DNA of 64,000 nt from positions 95,294,001-95,358,000 of the forward strand of contig NC_083277.1 in assembly GCF_963506605.1 (NCBI RefSeq). The letters are read 5' to 3'. Numbering within the stretch: position 1 is the first letter of the stretch; every line of letters starts with the position of its first letter. This stretch comes from Zootoca vivipara. Its lineage: Eukaryota. The position numbers were made by a program, and so were the translations under genes. The notes under the pieces were generated by a model. That model was not told the origin of the DNA. It made no database searches and saw only the letters and a list, made by a program, of their open reading frames with translations. Of the stretch, positions 11,192-21,200 are shown one piece after another.

Positions 11192-14100
11192 ATGGTGATG
11201 GGCGGCGGCGGCGGCGGCGGCGGCTCCACTTACTTGCTTCTGGGGGGTTCGGGCGCCGGCAAGACCCTGCTGGTGAAGCGGCTGCAGAATATCCCCTCGC
11301 GGCTGGGGAGGGGGGGCATAGCTGTCAAGTTTTCCCTTTTCTCGCGAGGAAGCCTATTCAGCATAAGGGGAAATCCCTTTAAAAAAGGGATAACTTGGCA
11401 GCTATTGGGGGGGGCAGGTGGTCGGTGTAGCCGGGTAGAGAAGGCGGAGGAGGAAGCGAGGAGGCTGCCCAGGGTGGAAAGGGGTTGTGGGTGAGCTGCA
11501 TCTCTGGCCTGCCTGGGAGGGGTGCGGGCTTCGTGCCCCTCTTGCTGGTCATCCATGCCTGCCTGGCAGTGCGACTGGGCACGAGTTGGGGCAAAAGCCG
11601 TGGAGGGAGAGGGGGTGGAGACAGTTCCTGGTGACAGAAAGCTAGGTGTGGTGGGAGGATGGCTTCATGACAATAGACCCTTCACGTGAGGGTTGACATA
11701 TTTTGAAAAGCAAAACTTTCGTGGCTTCCACTTTTAACTATGGATCACTACGACGACTCTACCCATGAAAAAAAAGAGTACGTGCCCTGGGGAAAGAGAG
11801 GACATATGGCAACCCTACTCCCATCCTCTCTCCTGTGGGTTGAAGGGAACCCCTTGCACCTATTTGGGCTGTATCTGTGCTGTGTTGTACCGAACCTTTC
11901 TCCATTCCGTTCCCACCGCTTTCCTTAACAGTCTCTCTGCACAGCTGAGCTCCAAAGATGGTGCCAAAGACCTTGGGGAGCCGCCAGCTACTCTGCCTAC
12001 GGTATGGCCTTTCTCATCTTTGGTTTGGTTCTTGTGGCTCAGCAGATGTGGCTCAGCAGTAGAGCATGTGCTCTGCAGGCAGAAGGTGCCAGCAGGTTTG
12101 CTCCTGAACATCTTGTTCAAAGGATCTTGAGTAGCATCAGCAGGAAAGAACCACTGTCAGCCCGAGTAAATATTGCCCAGCTAGCCCACCAACAGTATGA
12201 CTTGGCATAAAGCAGCTTCTTGTGTTCCGATTGGTACAGGATGCTGTGGTACCCAGATTAGAGATGATTTACTGCTCCTGACAGGAAGATGTGGCAAAAT
12301 ATTTGACAGAAACAAATTGTGGTAAAGATAAGGGCAATGCTGTGGTCACACTAGCTAATGTTTTACAATTCTGTCATCAATGAAATCAAACTTCATTGAG
12401 CAAATTTCATCAATGAAATTGAACATTGTATATACAGTTACAGGTAGGTAGCCGTGTTGGTCTGAGTCAAAACAAAATTTAAAAATTCCTTCAGTAGCAC
12501 CTTAAAGACCAACTAAGTTTTTATTTTGGTATGAGCTTTCGTGTGCATGCACACAGATTGGTTTATTTCAGAGTGGTTTTTGCTTTGTGTGATAATGGCC
12601 AGTAGGTGGCTCTCAAGGAGCAGTTCTAAGACAGGCCTCAACCTCTTCCTATAGTTTCTGCTGTGATTACCTTTGTTGCATTTTGTCACTCTTCTTGGTA
12701 CAAAGGATACACTTCAGTTAGTACATGTGACTGTATAGCTTACACATGGCTGTGTTGTAATTGGCTTACAGTTCGTTGCACACTGCAAAACTATTATCAC
12801 GTTACCCTGTCCCCAGCCTCCTGCAAGTATTAATATTGCTCCAAATATTTTCAAAATAAGCAACTTTGAGAAAAGAAGCAATTGTACACAAGGAGAGGAC
12901 ATGGTTCAGTGGCAGGCATACCGTGTTTCTCCAAAAATAAGACACCGTCTTATATTTATTTTTCCTTAAAAAACACACACAGTGGCTTATTTTCAAGGGA
13001 TGTCTTATTTTTTATTAAGTATGGTACAGTTTAACCCACAAGGTTAAACTGCCTATCACTATGGCTTATTTTCGGGGTATGGCTTATTTTCGGAGAAACA
13101 CGAAAGACTACATTCAGCATTTTGAGGTTTCTGGGCAACACACCATCAATAAAAACAACCAAGAAACTTGTAGTGCTCTCAAGACACTGGTTGAAACTAT
13201 TGAGTTATCCTTAAGCACCGTGGTTTTGATTGCACAAACATTCCTAGAGCCCTCTGCCCAGATGAGTCATGTAAATAAACTAAACCTCAAACCAAATTAT
13301 TTTGTTTTAAAACAACACTTTGACCAACTCTTCTCTATACCAGTACTCCCTGGTAACACTTATTTCACACCTCACAGCTCTTAGGTTACCTACACAAAAT
13401 GCCACACTTACAGTCTGCATTAGTCCATGAGATATGTACAGTGTAATCCCATACATGTCTACTGAGAAGCAAATCCCATTGAACTCAGTGGGACTTGCTG
13501 CCAGTAGAAGACTTCAAACCTATGCACTTATTTGGGAGTAAGACACATTGAGTTCTTTAACTTCCAACCAAGTATGCACAGGATTGCACTGTCATTATAA
13601 GGCAGCAATAGCTTGTTTTGAGAATTGTAACTGTATCTCCAGCTTATCAGGCTTTGTAAGTGCATGGAAGAGCTCCAATCAGATTCTTCCAGTGTCAAGA
13701 GTTGAGTCATGCTTGACAGAAGTACCTAGATCAATCCCTTTGCCTGTGTTGTGAATAACAGCTCAGTTACCCGCCAGCATACAAGTCTAATTGGTGGTTG
13801 TCCCCTTGCAGGTTGGCACAAACCTTACTGACCTTCAAATAGGAAAGAAAATCACAATTCGTGAACTGGGAGGATGCATGGGCCCCATCTGGTCTAGTTA
13901 TTACAGTGACTGTTGCTGCGTCCTGGTAAGGGAAATCTGTCCGCTCCTGTGGCTGTTTGCTGTTCTTATTTACTTATTTCATTAAAAATGAAAGCTTAGG
14001 GTCTGAGGGGCCTGTACAATACTTCCACTTAGAAAAAAATAACTCTGATTTCTAGAAAATCTTGCTCTGATCAGAGAACAACTAGGCAGTATGTATGCTG

Positions 14101-14796
14101 CAGCACCTCAGTAGTTCATGCATATTTCCAAATTCTTCTGGCTATGCTCAGTGTTGGAAAACTCTGGAACTTGAGAAACAAGCAGTTTTTCACTTTGGGA
14201 CTGCCTTTGAATCATTCTCTTTTTCTTTCTGTCTCTCCTGCAGTACATGATTGATGCTGCTAAGCCTACGCAAATCTCCTCATCCTGTATTCAGCTTCTG
14301 TCACTTCTTTCTGCTGAGCAGCTAGCATCAGTCCCCGTACTCATCATTTTCAACAAGATGTAAGAGATATTTAACTTTAAACCCTGTGCAGGGGGCTCTG
14401 GAAGAGGGGGAGCAGAATTTGATGGGCTTCAGTGACTATTGGTAGCCAATGGCAAGGCAGTGGGGCGATGACGACTACCTGCAGTTAGCAGAATGGGGAT
14501 ATTTTTTTATTTTCAGTTGATTTGCAACCTGCTCACAATGTTCCACTGCAGGGCTTCTTATTGGAAAGAGTTTAGCAGGCAGTAAAAAGTATGTGACTGC
14601 TGTTTTCTCTCTCTACTCTGACTTTAGTGACCTACCCTGCTATATGTCCCTTGTGGAGATGAAGTCATTGTTCCGAATCCAGGATATCATTGCCTGTGCC
14701 AAGCAGCCCATCACTGTTGTAGAGACCAGTGCACGTGATGGCAATGGCTTATCCAACGTGATGCAGTGGTTTCATTCTACAACCCGATGTGATTGA
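11192..14796 (+). CDS. ARL16: ADP-ribosylation factor-like GTPase 16
   Basis: Exons 11192-11288 (P-loop LLLGGSGAGKT), 11943-12001 (LGEPPATLPT), 13812-13925 (VGTNL..TIRELGGCMGPIWSSYY), 14244-14359 (..IFNKI), 14628-14796 (DLPCYMS..ETSARDG, TGA). Matches recalled human ARL16 including its atypical RELGG G3. Start at 11192 or 11198 is inferred. Confidence 0.95.
11289..11942 (+). other. U12-type (minor spliceosome) AT-AC intron, ARL16 intron 1
   Basis: 5' end ATATCCCCT (consensus ATATCCTT), branch site TTCCTTAAC at 11921-11929, 3' end CAC. Splicing gives in-frame RLQ-K-LSSKDG. Confidence 0.9.
11317..11406. mobile_element. 90-bp MITE in ARL16 intron 1
   Basis: TIR CATAGCTG(T/C)CAAGTT; inverted sister copy at 59031-59120. 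Confidence 0.85.
12440..12555. mobile_element. Penelope-like element fragment
   Basis: GTAGCCGTGTTGGTCTG..AGTAGCACCTTAAAGACCAAC..AGCTTTCGTG, recalled as typical of reptile Penelope-like repeats. Confidence 0.6.
12921..13102. mobile_element. Tc1/mariner (pogo-like) MITE
   Basis: CCGTGTTTCTCC.AAAATAAG TIR and internal GGCTTATTTTC repeats shared with 7079-7319. Confidence 0.75.
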
Positions 14797-16176
14797 AGCT
14801 GGAGATTGCTCTTATCTCAGGTACCTCGGTTGGACATGGAGCAGCAGAAAGAGAGCTAGGCAACAGTCCTAGTCTTATCACTCAGGGTGTGAATTAGGAA
14901 GCGGCAGCTAGCAAAATTTATAGCCAGCAAAACTTAATAGTTCTCTGCAGGCAGTGGAAACAACATTGCTGCTATGGACTTTGGGTGTCATTTGAACCCG
15001 AAAGTAAATATTTTCATATTTAAATCATTAAGTATATTGCCTCTTCTGTCTTGCACGTGCTACTACCGGTAGGATGCTGGAAGATAATGCTTCTATGGAA
15101 GGGGAGGACAAACTACATGTCTGTCTCATCCATTTTTTTCAATTAAGGTCTTCATTTCTCTCAGTCCAAGTTCCCATGGCATCTGTGCCAGTTCTCAAAT
15201 TCCTTCTGTGGCTTAGAGCCTCTTTGCAGGATTCTTTGTTCATGCAATGAATGCAGAGTTGTTAACACAGGATCCAAAAGGTAGCCCTTGGTTTCAGGGA
15301 TATTGTAACTTTTATACATTCTAAGTAGAATATAATATAGAATAAATTTATTTCTCCCTTCAGGTAATCACACAACAGCAGTTGCAACTGACCTGTGGAA
15401 TGTGGTTGTGTGTCGAGGGTACCTATTTGATTATATGTGGCATGAAACTTACCTTCTGCCATATCCTTTTGTGACATTATTAGCTGCATGCCATTCTCAC
15501 TAACCATTGTCCTATACACCAAACCCCATGTAGCTTCATCTGCTACAGTGGCAAGATCTTTGATTAACAGAATGGTGAAAAGGCAAAGGATCCATTTGTC
15601 CATCCATCCTGTTGCCACAAGTGGAGGAAGCGACTTGCTTGGACTCATTTCTGTGCCGAGCCCTGCCTCCTTTTACCCGGAATCAATCACAGACTTTGGG
15701 CCATGTGAAGGAGGTGACACTTTGAAAGTTTAAAAATAGCCACCCCTCTCATCCTTTAAATACCTGATGGAATAAAAACGGTGTGACTAATTGTTAGACT
15801 GTTAGGACAGAACCAATCTGGGGAGTTTCCTTGAGAAGGTATTTTGAGCTAAACAGTGTAACACTGCTGAGGAAAAGCTTTAAATGTTCCGGAAATGTTC
15901 CAGAAGCAATTGGGGATGGGGGAAATCAAACTAAGATACATTTAAGCATAAAAGGACATTTAAACTAAGGAATCCTGAAAAAGATGACGGTGATCTGTTA
16001 TATTATCATCAGCTATAATCTATGCTGTTTTTCTGACAATTGTCTCTCAAAGCTGCTCAGATCAATAATAATAAAAAGATGTACTGCCACCAGGCTCACA
16101 AACAAAGGGAACAAAAAAAGAGGAAAGGATGGGACAGGAAAGAAGGTGGTGGAGCAAAACCAAATCTTCACAAGTA

Positions 16177-16341
16177 GAATCACAGAATTGTAGTGTTAGA
16201 AGGGACCCTGAGGTTCATTTAGTCCAACCCCTGCAATGCAGGAATATACAATGCAGGAATATGCCGCTGTCCCATACAGGGATCGAACCTGCCACCTTGG
16301 GGTTATCAGCACCAAACTCTAACCAACTGTGCTATCCAGGC
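16177..16341 (-). mobile_element. tRNA-Ile-derived SINE with CR1-type 3' tail
   Basis: Minus strand GCCTGGATAGCACAGTTGGTTAGAG..TGGTGCTGATAAC..GGTTCGATCCC (tRNA-Ile-like, mutated) fused to GGTCCCTTCTAAC..ATTCTGTGATTCT. Confidence 0.75.
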
Positions 16342-16587
16342 TTCATGAACAGCTGTAATTGGGTAGTTTTTCAAAATAGAATGTTTTTAATAGCATCAAA
16401 TCAAGATGTCCTGGTAAAAATGGCATCCTGCCAACTAATGTCTTACAATCTTCTTGTTGTGCTTCCATGACCCTACAAATCCACTGTGCAAAGCCCCAAA
16501 GGAAGGGCCATTACAATTCTTAAAAAGTCAGTGTTTGGTTCTTCTCCTTTAAATATCATTAGTTTCTGTATCATTCAAGTACTTGGG

Positions 16588-16857
16588 TCCAGCTCAAGGA
16601 ACATTTCAATTTGCCTGTTTATGGAAGCTGGAACTGCCAACAAATATTAAGAATTGATGTTATTGGGCTGAAGGTGGATGAGATTCTCACAATCTTCTGA
16701 ACACAGAGAAGCTTGAAGGCAGACAAGAGGAGACCGACATTTCCAGCAGCACGGGCTATTCCTCAGAGCATTCCTAGAGGGGCCGACATCAATTCTCCAT
16801 CTCACAAGGAGCATTTCAGGCAAAAGTTCATCTTGCCCATCCACTGATATATTGCTG
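16588..16857 (-). repeat. Diverged local duplication, copy 1 (paralog at 18461-18739)
   Basis: Colinear shared blocks TCCAGCTCAAGGA, ATGGAAGCTGG, CTGAAGGTGGA, GAAGCTTGAAGG, CATTTCCAGCAGC, AGCATTTCAGGCA, TGCCCAT. Confidence 0.85.
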
Positions 16858-17744
16858 GATTGAAAGGGAAATTTCAGGTGCCATTGTTATTAGAGAACTG
16901 GTTTTATTTTTACAATCAGAATAATGGTCCTAAATATGCACCACTCAACAACAACACCAATATTTTTCAGTTCTTCCTTTTAGTGCTCTTTTACATTCCT
17001 CACTTACCAGAATGGCTGTTAGTAACACACCCTCTGCCTCTAATCTTGCTTGTAAATTATTGCCTTGGGATTGTGCTGGGAAGTGAACAGAAGAATTAAG
17101 ATATTGCCAGCATCCAAGGACAAACAAGATGCAACAGTGGAACAATCCTGTGTTAGCGGATCATGCCAAATTCCTATTAAGCACGGTATTGGTAATTTAA
17201 AAGACCTAGGCGAGACAGCAGTACTAAGCCCTTCTCCCAACTGCTCTCCCTCCAATTTATTTTTGGCAGGCACTGTTTCTGATGGAAGAAAAAAAACAGC
17301 TTGGGGAAAAGTACAGGCAGAGCAAGAGTTCAGCACCCCTCCCACTTTCCCGTGCTGCACTTTAAATTGCTCCCCTGCCCTGTTTCACGATTTCCTCCAA
17401 TCTGCTACCATAATATCTTGTTTGCCCCCAAGGTCCTGCAATTTATTTCCATCAATTTGATTTCCTAGTGAAATACATTTTCAAAAATGGACTGCATTTC
17501 CTTTCTTTCTGTGTGTACATATGCATACACTAAGCAGTAACAGGAGAGAGCACTGCAACACAGCCAAGCTTGTCTCATTACCAGTCTCTGCAGATGTTTT
17601 ACTTACATAAAATCCACACATAAGCAGGGCGGGGGGGGGGAGTGTATGCAAAGCTCTCGCCATCCTCATCACCTCCCAGAAACTGCAGGGCCAGCCTCCT
17701 GTATTCATGGAGGCTCCCTGCACAATTCAGGACAAGGGTAGTTC

Positions 17745-17799
17745 AAGAGTGGCTGGGGAAACCCAGCCAGATGGGCGGGGTATAAATAATAAATTATTA

Positions 17800-17841
<42 letters not shown>
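17745..17841 (+). mobile_element. L2 3' tail with (TTA)n
   Basis: AGAGTGGCTGGGGAAACCCAGCCAGATGGGCGGGGTATAAAT followed by (TTA)n. Confidence 0.8.
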
Positions 17842-17842
<1 letters not shown>

Positions 17843-18287
17843 GGTGCCTTGGTGCATCATTCAAAAGCACCCTGCCTGCCAGGCACAAACTGCACAGGCA
17901 AGAAGCCACAGGCTATGTGGGCTTAGGGGTAAGCAGGAAGCAAAGAGAGAGGAGAAAAAGCTTCCCAATATCCAGCATGTTTTGGACCTTTCGGGTCCTT
18001 CATCAGGAAGTTACAAACTTCTGCTGTACTTTCTCCACTTTCCTTCAACAGTACCCTTTTCTCCTACCTTTTTGCTTCCTCTGCCCTGCCCCATTAGCCT
18101 CCGCTGCACCTGCGTGGGCAGTGTAAGGTGTACACTAGCTTTGGTTAAGGCACTAGTCCATTATGTATGTGCTACCCAGCCAAGCAGCTTGGCAGCAGCA
18201 TCTTATCAGTTCCATGGAGCTCCTCAATAGTCTTACCTCACCTTCAGCTGCCCCCAAAGCCTTACCTCATCTTCAATTGCTGCATTC

Positions 18288-21200
18288 TCATTTCCCATAT
18301 ATAGTATGAAGCTTCTGAATGAGAAACATCTTGTCTTCCCCTTCCTGGAACATTAGAGACATTAAGGTGAGTTGCAGGAAAGTGGCTTTCTTGAACAAAT
18401 GCTAGCGATGTTAGGAATCTATATAAAAGGTTGAAACAAATGTGATCTGTGCTCGCTTCATCCAGCTCAAGGAAACATTTCCATTTGCCTTTCCATGGAA
18501 GCTGGGGTTGCTTGCAATTCGTATGAATGGACGTTCTGGGACTGAAGGTGGACGAGATTACTGTGAAATTTCCTGAACAGGAAGAAGCTTGAAGGGAGGC
18601 AACAGGAGAATGGCATTTCCAGCAGCCTGGGCCTGTTTGCCATTCCTGGAGGGCTTAAAATCTATTCTGCCATCTCCCAAGAAGCATTTCAGGCAGATAA
18701 TAAAAGTTTGTAATGCCCATTGCTTTTCCCTAACTGCTGTAGGGGTCTACTGCAAGTTTAATCTATTTATTATTAGTGAAGTGTCCTGCCTTTATGACTA
18801 GCACGATTCATGCAGACAAAGGGATTGTTCACAGCAGGGACCTAATGTGGAAGATGCATTGCATCTGTATAATTTTGTATACAAGCACTTTGCGTGAGCA
18901 CACACACACACAGCTGTCTTCAGAAATATCTTTCAATGGAAGCTGAGGAACCAAGTATACTTCTATTGCATTGCTTTTCACCACAGGGGAAATAATCCAT
19001 TCATTCATTCATTCATTCATTCAGGGAAAGAAACAGACTGCAGCCCATTTGCTTTGGTTCCAATAAATTCCAAGAACTAAGGGCCCAGTTCTTAAGGCCC
19101 CACTCAGAATGGTACTCATATTCTCTGACAAAGCAGGAATTAGCAGCATTTTCAGGTCTCGGAACTACACAGGAGAAAGCAGACTCCACTCACATTGGCA
19201 ATCTGCTCCTTCAGCAGGGTAATGATTTTCCGCTGACCTTTCACTACTTGGAAGTTGAGGTAGATCACAGCTCTGCAAAATCACAAAGGCGTGGGACAGA
19301 ATGAGCACACAGAGATGTTAAGCGAGAAACGCGCAGTAGAGTAATATGCACACCAGGGATGTGGGACAGATTGGTGACAGAACTGATGCATCATGGTCTG
19401 CCCTCATACTGAGAAGAGGGGGGGGAACTAAACCCCCCGATCCATTGGGCAGTCAGAAATCCTGGGTGTTGGTGCATCTAAGACACTCCTTCCCACAAGT
19501 ATATTGGTGCCTCAGCCTCTGACAGTTTTGAGGTGTACATTCCATTAGGTATGGTTAGCCGGACAGAGAAACACACCAAAATTTCCTTCTCTGGATTGCA
19601 TCATAATTGGATTACGTAACACAGGGGTAACTAATGTGGTACCCTTCCAAATGTTGTGCAACTTCCATCAGCCCCAGCCAGGTGGCCAGTTGCCACAGAT
19701 GTTGGAAATGGGAATCCAGCAACAAATGAAGGCCACCAAATAGGAAATTGTGGTGGCGTTGGAACAGCATATGGCATCAACAGTGCTAAAGAAAAGCTTG
19801 AAATGTGCAGATTATATTTATAGGTTTAGTAAGTTGCATTAGTGCTAGCTTATGATAAGGGGAGGTGTCCCACAGTGGAAACCATCAACCTTTTACAGAA
19901 GAGAACAGCTCTGAGCAGTGGCTGATGCTACTGAAGCTGAACTAGGCTGAGAACAGGGCACACAATCAGCCTTCCTTCCAATTATATGACAGGTTGAGGT
20001 ATATGCCATTCCTGTACGGTATTCACCAAACCACTTTGATTTTTTGGAGGTTAGGAAGGGACAAACCACCTATGGCTTTCTAAGCTTAGATAAATAATGG
20101 AGTCTTTCCAACTTACAGCAAAATTCCAGCAATCAAAAACAGGAAGAAGCTATTCTGGATCAGGTGCTGGTGGATCCAGGTAAACCAGGTGAGGTTTGGG
20201 TTGGATTTCTCCAGCTTTAGAACCCAGGTCTTCCCAGACTCATAGATGGTCTCGTGGTCTCGGAAGGGTCCACATATCTTTGATGGTTTTACTCTGGATG
20301 GACAAAGAGCAGCTCGGCATCAAAGAGCTATTCAAAAGACACTTGCTCTACTTGGCATACAAAAGCTACACACTTAATCATTTTGTTTTTGCAACATTTA
20401 TGCACCATTTTTCGATAATTTACAAAGCCATTTGTAGCATAAAAATGTAAGTTTAAAGGTGAGCGTCACTGATTAATAGGCCAAAATGACACCACAAGAG
20501 GGAGAGATACCAGCAGGCTTGAAAAAACCTAAAGTTTGCAGGAATGCAAAAAACGAAACAACCTTTAGACAGAAACCAAAACAAAGGGCAGCCGAATAAG
20601 AACCGAGTGTGCTCAGCAGCCATGGAATGCTGACTGACTGTTTGAGTTAAAGAAAACAATAGAAAAATGGGTGGGAATGGAATGGAATGGGATATCATGC
20701 AGAAGACCATGGCTGACTGAACAGGAGTACTCACCTCTGCAACCTTTTACTGCAGGCCCACATGGGTTTAACTAATAACTGATTGTGTAAATGTCTGAAT
20801 ATTCAGTTGTCTGCAGTAACAGAGCCCCCTTTTTAACTACAGGCAACTCCCCATTTATGCATATTCAAGGCACCTGCCACAGCACATGCACGCATTACAG
20901 CAAACCCAGAAGTGGCCTGAAAACAGCAAAAATGGCGCATCTAGCACGAGCCTTGGCAATTGCGATCCCAGAAACACTTGCACTGACCTCCGTGGCCTAA
21001 GGAGAGTTTGAGCATGGAGGTTTGGAGGCTCTTTGGAGACTTTTCAATAGTGTTCCCAATATTCACTATTTCACTTAAGCGTGCAGCGCCTCAGAACGTA
21101 ACCCCCGCATAAATGGGGAGTTGCCTGCATTTCTCTTATATGCCAATTCACAAAGACAAGTTTTTAATATGTTACCTATTATGTAAAGGTAAAGGTAAAG

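Noticed and set aside
16269-16341. Functional tRNA-Ile gene
   Set aside because: Stem mutations, no T-run terminator and direct fusion to a CR1 tail indicate a SINE head.
17607-17682. Candidate TMC6 last exon containing PPALL like the human C-terminus
   Set aside because: The match is five residues over a G homopolymer and is likely chance.
20735-20778. Possible cryptic TMC6 exon (CAG...GAG|GTGAGT)
   Set aside because: The flanking exons already join in phase and match the human protein; no supporting homology.
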